Below, in pieces: positions 9,951 to 19,933 of a stretch of 64,000 nt of DNA; the stretch's first letter is position 1; every line of letters starts with the position of its first letter. The DNA is taken from the NCBI GenBank assembly GCA_019638525.1, contig JAHBTO010000008.1, positions 21,535-85,534 of the forward strand, given 5' to 3'. The position numbers and the translations under genes were made by a program. A model generated the notes under the pieces. It had not been told where the DNA came from. It made no database searches and saw only the letters and a list, made by a program, of their open reading frames with translations. Source of the DNA: Ferruginibacter sp. (GTDB taxonomy: Bacteria > Bacteroidota > Bacteroidia > Chitinophagales > Chitinophagaceae).

Positions 9951-12185
9951 ATGCGGTTCAATAAATTCTATTTCATTTTCTATTTATTGTTGATTTGCCA
10001 GTTAGTAGTTGCCCAAAGCAACAGTAAAATTAACTGGTCGGCAGATGGAAATACTTACACTTTATTAAAAGATGGAAATATTGTACAGGTAGATCCGGTA
10101 ACAGAAACTGAATCTGTTATTATAAGTAAAGCATTGCTTACCGAGCCCGAATCAAAGCAATACCTTAAGCCGCAATCGTATTCATTTAATAATAACTATA
10201 CCAGGTTATTAATTTTTACAAACACTGCAAAAGTTTGGCGTTACAAAACCCGTGGCGACTACTGGATACTTGATATCATCAGTGGTAAATTAAGAAAGCT
10301 TGGTAAAAGCTTGCCCGAACAGTCATTAATGTTTGCCAAGTTTTCGCCCGATGGAAAACGAGTTGCTTATGTTAGCGGCCATAATATTTATGCAGAAGAA
10401 ATTAGTAGTGGATCCATAACAAAATTAACCGATGATGGAACTCGTAAACTTATTAACGGCACTTTTGACTGGGTATACGAAGAAGAGTTTGGCTGCCGGG
10501 ATGGATTTAGATGGAGCCCCGATGGTACTAAAATTGCTTTTTGGCAGGTAGATGCAAGAAAGATAAGGGACTATTATATGCTGAACACTACCGATAGTAT
10601 TTACTCAAGAATAATACCTGTTGAATATCCAAAAGTGGGAGAGGCGCCATCGCCGGTAAGGATAGGTGTGGTAAACCTGGCCAACAGGTACACTACATGG
10701 ATGAATATTGAAGGCGATCCGCAACAACATTACCTGCCACGCATGGAATGGGCAAGTAAAAACGAACTGGTGGTACAGCAACTCGATCGTAAGCAACAAG
10801 AAAGTAAATTAATTTATTGCAATGCCGGTAATGGCAGCAGCCACACATTTTGGGCAGAAAGCAGTAATACTTGGGTTGATTTAAATACAGATAACCCGGT
10901 AGGATGGAATTGGGTAAACGGTGGAAAGGATTTTATATGGATCAGTGAAAAAGATGGTTGGCGGCATATTTACAGAATTAGCCGCGATGGTAAAACAGAA
11001 ACTTTATTAACCAAAGGCAATTATGATATTGGCGAAATAAAATGTATTGACGAAACCAGGAACAGAATTTATTTTACCGCATCGCCCGATAATGCAACAC
11101 AATTATACTTGTACAGTGTACCGGTAGATAAAGGTAATTTTTTACAAAAAGTTGGAAACGTTTTTCAAAAAGTAAAAGAAGTTGTTACTAATACTAAAGA
11201 TGAACCTGAATTAATAAGTTCAAAAGAATTAAAAGGAACAAATGAATACAACATATCTCCCAACGGAAAACTTGCTATTCATTCATTCTCTAACCATAAT
11301 ACTCCCAATGTTAGTGAATGGATTTCATTACCCGACAACAAACCATTACATGCAGACAAAAGTATTGCTGCAAATATAAAAACAGACAACCGGGTTAATA
11401 TTGAATTTTTAAAACTGGTAACGGCTGATAACATTACATTGGATGCCTGGATTAATAAACCAGAAAATTTTGATTCTACCAAAAAATACCCGGTAGTGTT
11501 TTATGTGTATGGAGAGCCTGCCGCATCAACCGTGCAGGATACGTATGGATCGCAGGATAATTTTTTATACAATGGCGATATGAGGGCCGATGGTTACATA
11601 CAGGTGGCAATTGATAACCGTGGCACACCCATGTTAAAAGGCGCTGCCTGGCGAAAATCTATTTATCGTAAAATTGGAAACATAAATGTGATTGACATGG
11701 CCGAAGGATTTAAAAAAATGCTGAACACACATCCATACATGGATAAAGAACGTACTGCGGTTTGGGGATGGAGCGGCGGCGGTTCCTCTACACTTAATCT
11801 GCTGTTTCGTTACCCCGATTTGTTTAAAACAGGAATTGCCATTGCAGCTGTAGCTAACCAGTTGTTTTACGATAATATATACCAGGAGCGTTACATGGGG
11901 CTACCGCAGGAAAACAGGGAAGATTTTATCAATGGCTCACCGGTTACTTATGCAAAAAACTTAAAAGGGAATTTATTGTACATACATGGCACCGGCGATG
12001 ATAATGTGCATTTCAGTAATGCAGAAGTGCTGGTGAATGAATTAATAAAATACGGTAAACAGTTTCAGTATATGCCTTATCCCAACAGGTCGCACAGCAT
12101 TTCAGAAGGGGCTGGCACTTTTCAACATTTATCAACCCTGTATACAAATTATTTAAAAGCACATTGCCCACCGGGAGCAAAGTGA
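9951..12185 (+). CDS. dipeptidyl-peptidase IV family serine peptidase (S9B)
   Basis: 744 aa with a signal peptide. The N-terminal DPPIV propeller carries the FDWVYEEEF motif. The catalytic Ser motif is WGWSGGGS, and the C-terminal part contains the GTGDDNVH Asp/His region. Confidence 0.9.
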   Translation: MRFNKFYFIFYLLLICQLVVAQSNSKINWSADGNTYTLLKDGNIVQVDPVTETESVIISKALLTEPESKQYLKPQSYSFNNNYTRLLIFTNTAKVWRYKTRGDYWILDIISGKLRKLGKSLPEQSLMFAKFSPDGKRVAYVSGHNIYAEEISSGSITKLTDDGTRKLINGTFDWVYEEEFGCRDGFRWSPDGTKIAFWQVDARKIRDYYMLNTTDSIYSRIIPVEYPKVGEAPSPVRIGVVNLANRYTTWMNIEGDPQQHYLPRMEWASKNELVVQQLDRKQQESKLIYCNAGNGSSHTFWAESSNTWVDLNTDNPVGWNWVNGGKDFIWISEKDGWRHIYRISRDGKTETLLTKGNYDIGEIKCIDETRNRIYFTASPDNATQLYLYSVPVDKGNFLQKVGNVFQKVKEVVTNTKDEPELISSKELKGTNEYNISPNGKLAIHSFSNHNTPNVSEWISLPDNKPLHADKSIAANIKTDNRVNIEFLKLVTADNITLDAWINKPENFDSTKKYPVVFYVYGEPAASTVQDTYGSQDNFLYNGDMRADGYIQVAIDNRGTPMLKGAAWRKSIYRKIGNINVIDMAEGFKKMLNTHPYMDKERTAVWGWSGGGSSTLNLLFRYPDLFKTGIAIAAVANQLFYDNIYQERYMGLPQENREDFINGSPVTYAKNLKGNLLYIHGTGDDNVHFSNAEVLVNELIKYGKQFQYMPYPNRSHSISEGAGTFQHLSTLYTNYLKAHCPPGAK

Positions 12186-12389
12186 GATCAGTATATGGTA
12201 TTATTCTCACTGGCTCTTTTTAAATCTACCCCGATTGTAACGGGAACACTTGCACCAGTGAATAATTTATCATTATTTCGGCGTATTACTTTTTGGAAAC
12301 TAATGTAAGTTTTGGCATGCAAACATTCACAACTAAAAATGATTTGCCTTTTGCATCTTAGTATTTCCACCAATTATATCAACTCATCA

Positions 12390-13586
12390 TCAATTCATTC
12401 TTCCCGGGTACTCTTTCAATGCTTTTTCCAAACAATCCATTGCGGCATTAATGGCTTCCACATTTATTACATAAGCTAGACGCACTTCCTGTTTGCCTAA
12501 ACCGGCTGTACTATAAAACCCTGTTGCCGGGGCAAGCATCACCGTTTGGTTATTATAATTAAAAGATTCTAACAGCCACTGGCAAAACTTATCCGAATCA
12601 TCAATAGGTAATTTGGCCATTGCATAAAAAGCACCACCGGGGTTAGGGCAAAAAACACCCTGCATGGCATTCAACCTTTTTACAATTGTATCCCTCCGAA
12701 GTTTATATTCGGCCTTGGTAGTATTAAAATAATCATCGGGCAAATCAACAGCCGCTTCACCAAGTATTTGCGCAAACGATGGCGGACTTAACCTTGCCTG
12801 TGCAAATTTCATGGCTGCATCCAACAGATCTTTATTTTTAGTAACAAAAGCACCAATACGGCCACCACAAGCGCTGTAGCGTTTGCTAATGGTATCCATC
12901 AATACCACATGTTCATCCACCCCGGTTAAATGCATGGCGCTTGTATGAGTACCTTCGTAACAAAATTCACGGTAAGCTTCATCAGCAAAAAGATAAAGAT
13001 TGTGTTTCTTAATCAGCTGCTTTAATATTTCCATTTCGGCAGCGCTGTATAAATAACCCGTTGGGTTATTGGGATTACAAATAACTATTGCTTTTGTTTT
13101 TGAGGTAATCACTTTTTCAAAATCTTCAATTGGCGGTAAAGCAAAACCACTTTCAATTGATGATGAAATTGGTTTTACAACAACACCGGCTTCCACGGCA
13201 AAGCCATTGTAGTTGGCATAAAATGGTTCGGGTATTATCACTTCATCGCCAGCATCCATACAGGCCATAAAACCAAACAGTATGGCTTCGCTGCCGCCAG
13301 TGGTGATGATAATCTGTTCTGAAGTTATATCAATACCCACCCGTTTATAATATTCAACTAATTTTTTACGATAGCTTTCATTGCCGGCGCTGTGGCTGTA
13401 TTCCAGTATTTTAAAATCCGAATGCCGCACTGCATCTAAACATTTTGCCGGCGTTTCAATATCGGGCTGACCGATATTCAAATGAAATACTTTGGTTCCT
13501 CTTTTTTTTGCAGCTTCCGCAAAGGGAACCAGTTTACGAATGGGAGATGCAGGCATTTGGTTGCCTCGGTTACTGATTGTTGGCAT
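12390..13586 (-). CDS. pyridoxal-phosphate-dependent aminotransferase, class I/II (aspartate/aromatic type)
   Basis: 398 aa. It has the NPNNPTG motif and the PLP-lysine region SKRYSACGGRIG. Confidence 0.9.
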   Translation of the reverse strand: MPTISNRGNQMPASPIRKLVPFAEAAKKRGTKVFHLNIGQPDIETPAKCLDAVRHSDFKILEYSHSAGNESYRKKLVEYYKRVGIDITSEQIIITTGGSEAILFGFMACMDAGDEVIIPEPFYANYNGFAVEAGVVVKPISSSIESGFALPPIEDFEKVITSKTKAIVICNPNNPTGYLYSAAEMEILKQLIKKHNLYLFADEAYREFCYEGTHTSAMHLTGVDEHVVLMDTISKRYSACGGRIGAFVTKNKDLLDAAMKFAQARLSPPSFAQILGEAAVDLPDDYFNTTKAEYKLRRDTIVKRLNAMQGVFCPNPGGAFYAMAKLPIDDSDKFCQWLLESFNYNNQTVMLAPATGFYSTAGLGKQEVRLAYVINVEAINAAMDCLEKALKEYPGRMN

Positions 13587-13591
13587 GCGGC

Positions 13592-13626
13592 AAAGTTAAA
13601 AGTTATTGGCTATAAGTTATAAGTTT
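13592..13626. repeat. short heptanucleotide-period array (AAAGTTA/TAAGTTA type)
   Basis: aaagtta|aaagtta|ttggcta|taagtta|taagttt, in the divergent spacer between the aminotransferase and the THUMP methyltransferase. Confidence 0.5.
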
Positions 13627-13630
13627 GCTG

Positions 13631-14803
13631 ATGCAAATTTTTAAAGTTCACAGCCGTATCATCATCACCTGCAGCAACAGGCTATCGCCATACCTGCAAA
13701 TAGAAGTGGCCCAACTTGGCTATAAACCCCGCCGAGTTTTTAAAACCGGTGTTGAACTGCAAGGTACATTGCAGGATTGCATTTGCCTGAATGTAAACCT
13801 GCGCTGTGCCAGCCAGGTATTATTTTCTTTAAAAGAATTTACAGCAAATAATGCAGATGAACTATATAAAAACCTGGTTAATTTTTCGTGGGAGGATGTG
13901 ATTACTGCCGATGGTTATTTTTCTATCAGCAGCAATGTTAGCAACGATTCCATCAACAATTCATTATTTGCCAATGTAAAAGTTAAAGATGCTATTGTTG
14001 ATAGGTTCAGGAATAAAACTGGCCAACGGCCAAACTCGGGCCCCGAACTTGATAAAGCTGTTATACATTTATACTGGAAAGAATCGCTTGCCGAAATTTT
14101 TATTGATACCTCCGGCGAAACTTTGTCAAAACATGGCTATAGAAAAATACCCGGCCGGGCACCTATGCTGGAATCATTGGCTGCAGCCACTTTGCTGGCA
14201 ACAAAATGGGATAAGCAATCTGTATTTATAAATCCCATGTGTGGCTCGGGTACAGTGGCCATTGAAGCTGCGTTGCTAGCAACAAACAGGAAACCCGGGC
14301 TGCTGCGTTTTAATTATGCCTTCATGCATTTGGTTGGATACAATGATGAAATGTATCAAACCGAATTAAGAAAATTAGAGCAGCAGGTTATTGATATGCC
14401 GGGATTGAAAATCATTGCAACCGATATCAGTGAAGATGCCATTGAGATTTCGAAAGTAAATGCAGGCATTGCAGGTGTTGAAGAAATGATTGAATTTGCT
14501 GTTTGCGATTTTGAACAAACTAATGTACACGATGGCGAAAATGGTGTTGTTTATTTTAATCCAGAATACGGCGATAGGTTAGGCGTAGAAGCCGAACTGG
14601 AATTTACATACAAACGCATGGGCGATTTTTTAAAAAAGAAATGCAAGGGTTATTTTGGGTATGTTTTTACCGGCAACCTGGAGTTGGCAAAAAAGATAGG
14701 CCTTAAGCCAAACAGGCGAATAGAATTTTTTACCAGTAAAATTGATTGCCGTTTACTGGAATATGAATTGTACAGTGGCACAAAACGAATAGATAAAAAA
14801 TAA
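13631..14803 (+). CDS. THUMP-domain RNA methyltransferase (RlmL/RlmK-like, N6-adenine/guanine-N2 MTase fold)
   Basis: The track starts at TTG 13625. The ATG at 13631 gives MQIFKVH. Motifs are NPMCGSGT (SAM motif I) and FNPEYGDRLG (NPPY-like motif IV), after an N-terminal THUMP-like region. Confidence 0.85.
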   Translation: MQIFKVHSRIIITCSNRLSPYLQIEVAQLGYKPRRVFKTGVELQGTLQDCICLNVNLRCASQVLFSLKEFTANNADELYKNLVNFSWEDVITADGYFSISSNVSNDSINNSLFANVKVKDAIVDRFRNKTGQRPNSGPELDKAVIHLYWKESLAEIFIDTSGETLSKHGYRKIPGRAPMLESLAAATLLATKWDKQSVFINPMCGSGTVAIEAALLATNRKPGLLRFNYAFMHLVGYNDEMYQTELRKLEQQVIDMPGLKIIATDISEDAIEISKVNAGIAGVEEMIEFAVCDFEQTNVHDGENGVVYFNPEYGDRLGVEAELEFTYKRMGDFLKKKCKGYFGYVFTGNLELAKKIGLKPNRRIEFFTSKIDCRLLEYELYSGTKRIDKK

Positions 14804-14808
14804 AACCA

Positions 14809-15120
14809 TTAATCAATCATCCTGTACACCGTCCATTTTTGTGATGCCGGAACAATATATGGCGCAATGGCATCGCTGTACTGTTTAAACTGAGGCAGCC
14901 CCATATCAGCAAGAGCTTTTTCAAAATCGGCCAGCGATTCAAATAGGTATTCATCCACAATATGTGATGCCGATTTACCGATATGCCCAACACTTAACCG
15001 GTTTACAGAATTTTTAAAATGAGATGATCTGAATTTTTCTGCACCCCATGCTTTTATAATCTCAAGGGCTTCTTTTTGTTTGCCAAAAACAATGTCAATG
15101 GTCCATACACAATTGTACAT
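14809..15120 (-). CDS. hypothetical small protein (possibly NIPSNAP/dimeric alpha-beta-barrel-like)
   Basis: 103-aa ORF tightly packed between neighbouring genes. I recognised no diagnostic motif. Confidence 0.5.
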   Translation of the reverse strand: MYNCVWTIDIVFGKQKEALEIIKAWGAEKFRSSHFKNSVNRLSVGHIGKSASHIVDEYLFESLADFEKALADMGLPQFKQYSDAIAPYIVPASQKWTVYRMID

Positions 15121-15144
15121 CTGAATATATTTTTTGTTGAAAAA

Positions 15145-15909
15145 TTATGTCCTTTGTTTATTGCGGATATATACTAACCTGATACCCGATTTATCTGTTT
15201 CTCTTTTATCAATTTCAAATTGAGCTACCGATTGAATCAATGGCGTTAATTTTTGAAAGCCATAATTCCTTGGATCAAAATCGGGTTGTTTTTTTAAGAT
15301 GAGGTTTCCAACATCACCTAAAAATGCCCATCCGTTTTCATCGGCAAGGTCATCAATAGTGGCAGTAATTAATTTTATTGATTCCTTGTTAAGTTTATCA
15401 ACCAGTTTTTTTTGAACAGGCTTGCCCTTTTTAGTTTTTGTTGTAAGCGAAGTTTCTTCTTCATCGTCACTTTCTGCAATTATTTCTAAATAAATAAATT
15501 TATCACAAGCTACAATAAAAGGATTGGGTGTTTTCTTTTGTCCCATGCCAATTACTTTCATTCCGGCCTCTCTAAGCCGCAAAGCCAATCTTGTAAAATC
15601 ACTGTCGCTACTTACAATGCAAAAGCCATCCACTTTGCCCGAGTATAAAATATCCATCGCATCAATAATCAATGCACTATCGCTGCTGTTTTTGCCACTT
15701 GTATAACTGTACTGCTGAATGGGTGTGATGGCATTTTCCAATAAAACATTTTTCCAGCCGCTTACAGTTGGTTTGGTCCAGTCGCCATAAATGCGGCGAA
15801 ATGTAGGTGTGCCATATTTGGCTATCTCTTCCATCATGCCTCGTACATTGCTGTATGGCACATTATCGGCATCTATTAAAACCGCCAGGCGGGTATCTTG
15901 TATTTCCAT
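15145..15909 (-). CDS. NYN-domain (LabA/DUF88) protein with C-terminal OST-HTH/LOTUS-like domain
   Basis: The track start at 15927 is GTG. The ATG at 15909 gives MEIQDTRLAVLIDADNVPY.., then YGDW and IVSSDSDFTRLALRLREAG, the NYN nuclease-fold signature. The C-terminal ~80 aa resemble the LOTUS/OST-HTH domain. Confidence 0.85.
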   Translation of the reverse strand: MEIQDTRLAVLIDADNVPYSNVRGMMEEIAKYGTPTFRRIYGDWTKPTVSGWKNVLLENAITPIQQYSYTSGKNSSDSALIIDAMDILYSGKVDGFCIVSSDSDFTRLALRLREAGMKVIGMGQKKTPNPFIVACDKFIYLEIIAESDDEEETSLTTKTKKGKPVQKKLVDKLNKESIKLITATIDDLADENGWAFLGDVGNLILKKQPDFDPRNYGFQKLTPLIQSVAQFEIDKRETDKSGIRLVYIRNKQRT

Positions 15910-16011
15910 AATAGTAGTTGTTGGCACAAGGTAAATAATTTCTTTTCATTGCCAGTTACTGACGTAAAGCCAACACCTGTTTTACAAACCGGGGGCAACA
16001 GCTACTAAAAT

Positions 16012-16027
16012 TTAACCAATTGGTTAA
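16012..16027. promoter_or_regulatory. perfect 16-bp palindrome TTAACCAATTGGTTAA, candidate TetR operator 1
   Basis: Read directly from the sequence, upstream of the TetR gene. A second near-identical copy lies 58 bp downstream. Confidence 0.55.
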
Positions 16028-16056
16028 AAATATTTGGAAGATAAAATTTGACAGCA

Positions 16057-16064
16057 TAGATTTG
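16057..16064 (+). promoter_or_regulatory. Bacteroidota-type -7 promoter box (TAGATTTG = TAnnTTTG)
   Basis: It matches the TAnnTTTG consensus, lies 25 nt upstream of the tetR-family ATG, and sits immediately 5' of operator 2. Confidence 0.4.
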
Positions 16065-16069
16065 CATAA

Positions 16070-16085
16070 TTAACCAAATGGTTAA
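16070..16085. promoter_or_regulatory. TTAACCAAATGGTTAA, candidate TetR operator 2 (one central mismatch)
   Basis: It has the same half-sites as 16012-16027 and ends 3 nt before the ATG at 16089, so it would overlap the transcription start and leader. Confidence 0.55.
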
Positions 16086-16088
16086 AAA

Positions 16089-16700
16089 ATGAAAAAGAAA
16101 GATAAAAACACTGAACAGGTGATATTACTGGCGGCCAGGAAAGTATTTATAGAAAAAGGGCTGGCAGGTTCACGCATGCAGGATATAGCCAACCAGGCAG
16201 GGCACAATAAGGCGTTGTTGCATTATTACTTCACATCAAAAAACAAACTGTTTGATATAGTTTTTGAGCAGGAAATTGGAAGTTTTTTCTCTCACCTGGC
16301 CGGTATATTAGCAGAAGAGTTGCCTTTGTTTGAAAAGATCGAAAAAATTGTATCGTTGGATATTGACAGGCTTACACAATTACCCGGTATGCCCAATTTT
16401 ATTATAAACGAGATGAACCAAAATCCCGATGTTATCTTAAAACGCCTTAAAAAAATACCTGTAGAAATGATATTGGGTAATTTTCAGAAACAGGTAAATG
16501 CTGAAATAAAAATGGGCGCCATCAGGAAAATAACAGCTCAGCAATTACTTATCAATATACAGTCGTTATGCATTTTCCCATTTATAGCCCGCCCAATGGT
16601 AAGGGGTATTTTTCAAATGGATGAAAAGGCTTACCTGGCCATGATGCAAAAAAGAAAAACTGAAGTGGCTGCATTCATTATTAATGCTATCAAAGTTTAA
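16089..16700 (+). CDS. TetR/AcrR family transcriptional regulator
   Basis: N-terminal HTH: ILLAARKVFIEKGLAGSRMQDIANQAGHNKALLHYYF. 203 aa, and first gene of the efflux operon. Confidence 0.9.
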   Translation: MKKKDKNTEQVILLAARKVFIEKGLAGSRMQDIANQAGHNKALLHYYFTSKNKLFDIVFEQEIGSFFSHLAGILAEELPLFEKIEKIVSLDIDRLTQLPGMPNFIINEMNQNPDVILKRLKKIPVEMILGNFQKQVNAEIKMGAIRKITAQQLLINIQSLCIFPFIARPMVRGIFQMDEKAYLAMMQKRKTEVAAFIINAIKV

Positions 16701-16712
16701 AAAAGTAAATCT

Positions 16713-17984
16713 ATGAAAAGTACAAGCTTTATAATTGCCGGTTTACTCTTAGCCGTAAATGGTTTATTTGCACAAAATAACCCAACACTTACGCTTGAAC
16801 AATGTTATCATTTTGCAACAACAAATACACCACTTGCACAGCAAAAGGCTTTAACAGTTACGGCAGGCAGCTTGCTTGAAAAAAACCAGGGCCTTAACTG
16901 GTTGCCACAGGTGAATGTGAACGCACAGGTAACTTACCAGTCAGAAGTAACTTCATTTCCTGTAAAACTGCCGGGCATTAATGTGGAAGAACTTAGTAAA
17001 GACCAATACAAGGGAACGCTTGAGATAACACAACCCATTTATGATGGTGGAATCATCAGTAGCCAAAAGAAACTTCAAAGCATAGCAGCAGGCATTGAAT
17101 CACAAAAAGTAGAAATTGATTTGTACCAGCTTAAATCTAAAGTGAATGCTTGTTTTTTTACAGCACTATTAATGGATGAAAATCTAAGGCTTATGCAATT
17201 TGTAATAAATGACCTCGACAATAATATTAAAAAAGTATCGGCACAGGCAAAAAACGGCATTGCCACAAACAGCAATGTGGATGTATTGAAAGCTGAGCAA
17301 TTAAAAGCATTGCAGCAGGTGATAGGTTTTAAAGCCACAAAAAATGCGGCCGTAGAAATGCTGGAAATACTTACAGCTACATCAATTGATAGCAATACGG
17401 TTTTTGAAAAGCCTGCACAAATAACTGTTTCTGCAGACACAATTATGCAACGGCCCGAATTGAAGTTATTTGATTTTCAAAAACAACAATTTCGGCAGCA
17501 AACCAAACTTATTAATGCTAAAGCAAATCCTAAGTTTTCGTTTTTTACAACCGGTGGTTATGGCAGGCCGGGTTTAAATATGCTTAAGAATGAATTTCAG
17601 TGGTATTATTTGGGCGGGGTAAAGCTTACCATCCCCATCATATCGCAGTTTACAAAGCATAAAGAAAAAGATGTAATTAAAATACAAGAGCAGATTGTGG
17701 ATAGGCAGAGAGAAAATTTTTTAAATAACAACCGCCAGGTGCTATCGCAACAAAAAAACGAAATAGAGAAATATAAAGCGCTTGTTAACTCGGATGAAGC
17801 CATCGTACAACTGCGAAAAAAAATAAAAGACAATGCATCATTCAAATTAGCCAATGGCATTATCACTTCTACTGATTACATCACCGAAATGAATGCCGAA
17901 AACCAGGCTATGTTAAATCAAAAACTGCATGAGATACAATGGTTACAGGCTCAATATAATTATCAACTGATTCTTGGAAAATAA
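16713..17984 (+). CDS. TolC-family outer-membrane efflux protein
   Basis: 423 aa with a signal peptide, a two-repeat coiled-coil/beta-barrel composition, and an operon context with HlyD and ABC-2 genes. Confidence 0.85.
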   Translation: MKSTSFIIAGLLLAVNGLFAQNNPTLTLEQCYHFATTNTPLAQQKALTVTAGSLLEKNQGLNWLPQVNVNAQVTYQSEVTSFPVKLPGINVEELSKDQYKGTLEITQPIYDGGIISSQKKLQSIAAGIESQKVEIDLYQLKSKVNACFFTALLMDENLRLMQFVINDLDNNIKKVSAQAKNGIATNSNVDVLKAEQLKALQQVIGFKATKNAAVEMLEILTATSIDSNTVFEKPAQITVSADTIMQRPELKLFDFQKQQFRQQTKLINAKANPKFSFFTTGGYGRPGLNMLKNEFQWYYLGGVKLTIPIISQFTKHKEKDVIKIQEQIVDRQRENFLNNNRQVLSQQKNEIEKYKALVNSDEAIVQLRKKIKDNASFKLANGIITSTDYITEMNAENQAMLNQKLHEIQWLQAQYNYQLILGK

Positions 17985-18010
17985 ATTGAATTATCTAACA
18001 AATAAAAAAT

Positions 18011-18994
18011 ATGAAACATCTTTTTAAAAAAATATTGCTGCCATCCGTAATAACTGTTTTGGTTTCATGTGGTAGCAGTAAAACAAAATACGATGCCACC
18101 GGTACATTTGAAGCAGATGAAGTAATTGTATCTGCTGAAGCAAACGGCCAGCTTTTGCAGTTGAATGTTGAAGAAGGTGCTACGCTTGCTAAAGATGCTG
18201 TAATTGGTAAGATTGATCCTATTGCCATTGAGTTGCAGAAAGAACAGGCTTCATCAACGATAGAAGCATTACAACAAAAAACAAATGATGCAGCACCACA
18301 GGTAAGTATATTGGAATCGCAGATGCAGTTGCAAAAAAAGCAAATAGATGTGGATGAAACACAGTTAAAGGTTTTGGAAAAAGAACAGGCACGGTTTCAT
18401 AAATTAGTAGCAGCCGATGCAGTACCTGCAAAACAATTGGATGATATAACCGGCCAGGTAAATGTGTTAAAAGAAAAAATTATTGCGGCAAAAACACAAT
18501 TAAAAGTATTGCAGAGCCAGGTAAATGCACAAAGGCAATTGGTTGCCATACAAAATCGGGGCATATTAAGCGAAAAAATACCGATGCAAAAGAAAGTAGC
18601 ACAACTGCAGGAACAAATTAATAAAACAAATATCATTAACCCGGTTGCAGGTACCGTATTAAGTAAGTATGCCGATGCTGGCGAATTTACCAGTATTGGA
18701 AAACCTTTATACAAAATAGCAAATCTTAGCGTGATGAAACTTAGGGCTTACATAACCGGTAACCAGCTTGCACAAGTAAAATTAAACCAGCAGGTGAAAG
18801 TGATGGTTGATGATGGTAATGGAAAGATGAGGGAGCTGAAAGGTAATATCAGTTGGATTTCGGATAAGGCAGAATTTACACCTAAAACGATACAAACAAA
18901 AGATGAACGGGCCAACCTGGTGTATGCTATAAAAGTAAATGTGGTTAACGACGGTTTATTAAAGATTGGGATGTACGGAGAAGTAGATTTTTAA
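18011..18994 (+). CDS. HlyD-family membrane-fusion (periplasmic adaptor) protein
   Basis: It has a lipoprotein-like N-terminus (VLVSCGSS), a long Q/K-rich coiled-coil hairpin, and a C-terminal beta-barrel. It resembles YbhG. Confidence 0.85.
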   Translation: MKHLFKKILLPSVITVLVSCGSSKTKYDATGTFEADEVIVSAEANGQLLQLNVEEGATLAKDAVIGKIDPIAIELQKEQASSTIEALQQKTNDAAPQVSILESQMQLQKKQIDVDETQLKVLEKEQARFHKLVAADAVPAKQLDDITGQVNVLKEKIIAAKTQLKVLQSQVNAQRQLVAIQNRGILSEKIPMQKKVAQLQEQINKTNIINPVAGTVLSKYADAGEFTSIGKPLYKIANLSVMKLRAYITGNQLAQVKLNQQVKVMVDDGNGKMRELKGNISWISDKAEFTPKTIQTKDERANLVYAIKVNVVNDGLLKIGMYGEVDF

Positions 18995-19001
18995 TATCAA
19001 C

Positions 19002-19925
19002 ATGATGATTGCAATTACTGTAAAAAATATTGTAAAAACATACGGCACAAAAAAAGAAACGATTACAGCGCTTGATGATATTTCTTTTGAAGTGAACGGG
19101 GGAGAACTTTTTGGCATCATTGGACCAGATGGCGCAGGTAAAACTTCTTTGTTCAGGATACTTACCACATTGTTGCTGCCTAAGGGCGGCACTGCATCTG
19201 TTGATGGGTTTGATGTGGTGAAAGATTATAAACAGGTTAGAAACCGTGTGGGATATATGCCGGGCAGGTTTTCGCTATACCAGGATTTGAGCGTGGAAGA
19301 GAACCTTGAGTTTTTTGCAACCATTTTTAATACAAGTATCCAGGAGAATTACAACCTCATTAAAGAAATTTATGTACAAATAGAGCCTTTTAAAAAACGC
19401 CGTGCAGGAAAATTATCGGGCGGCATGAAACAAAAGCTGGCACTGTGTTGTGCACTCATACATAAACCTTCGGTATTATTTTTAGATGAACCAACAACAG
19501 GTGTGGATGCAGTTTCGAGAAAAGAATTTTGGGATATGTTGCAAAATTTAAAAAAACAGGGAATAACCATTTTAGTTTCTACACCTTATATGGATGAAGC
19601 CGCATTGTGCGACCGGGTGGCATTGATTCAATTGGGTAAAATTATGAGCATTGATACGCCGCAGGAAATTGTGAAATCATTTAAAGGACAATTGTGGGCA
19701 ATACGATCAACAAAAATGTATGCTTTGTTAAAAGACTTAAAACAATATGAAGGCACAATCAGTTGCAACAGTTTTGGAGAGTTTCATCACCTGTTATTAA
19801 AAGATGATGCAAATGAAAAAGAATTATTGACCTACCTGAACCAACAACAGCATACCGGTATTGAATTAAAAAAAACAGCACCTGTAATTGAAGATTGCTT
19901 TATGCAATTGATGAATAAAAATTAA
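19002..19925 (+). CDS. ABC transporter ATP-binding protein (YbhF-like, first ATPase)
   Basis: Walker A GPDGAGKTS, signature LSGGMKQK, Walker B VLFLDEPTTGVD. Confidence 0.9.
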   Translation: MMIAITVKNIVKTYGTKKETITALDDISFEVNGGELFGIIGPDGAGKTSLFRILTTLLLPKGGTASVDGFDVVKDYKQVRNRVGYMPGRFSLYQDLSVEENLEFFATIFNTSIQENYNLIKEIYVQIEPFKKRRAGKLSGGMKQKLALCCALIHKPSVLFLDEPTTGVDAVSRKEFWDMLQNLKKQGITILVSTPYMDEAALCDRVALIQLGKIMSIDTPQEIVKSFKGQLWAIRSTKMYALLKDLKQYEGTISCNSFGEFHHLLLKDDANEKELLTYLNQQQHTGIELKKTAPVIEDCFMQLMNKN

Positions 19926-19933
19926 AATCACAA

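Noticed and set aside
12186-12389. 204-nt convergent spacer between DPP-IV and the aminotransferase, including a 61-aa ORF
   Set aside because: It contains only weak hairpins (CCCG/CGGG, ATGCAAA/TTTGCAT with a 30-nt loop). I could find no repeat, motif copy or recognisable RNA. The ORF has no supporting features.
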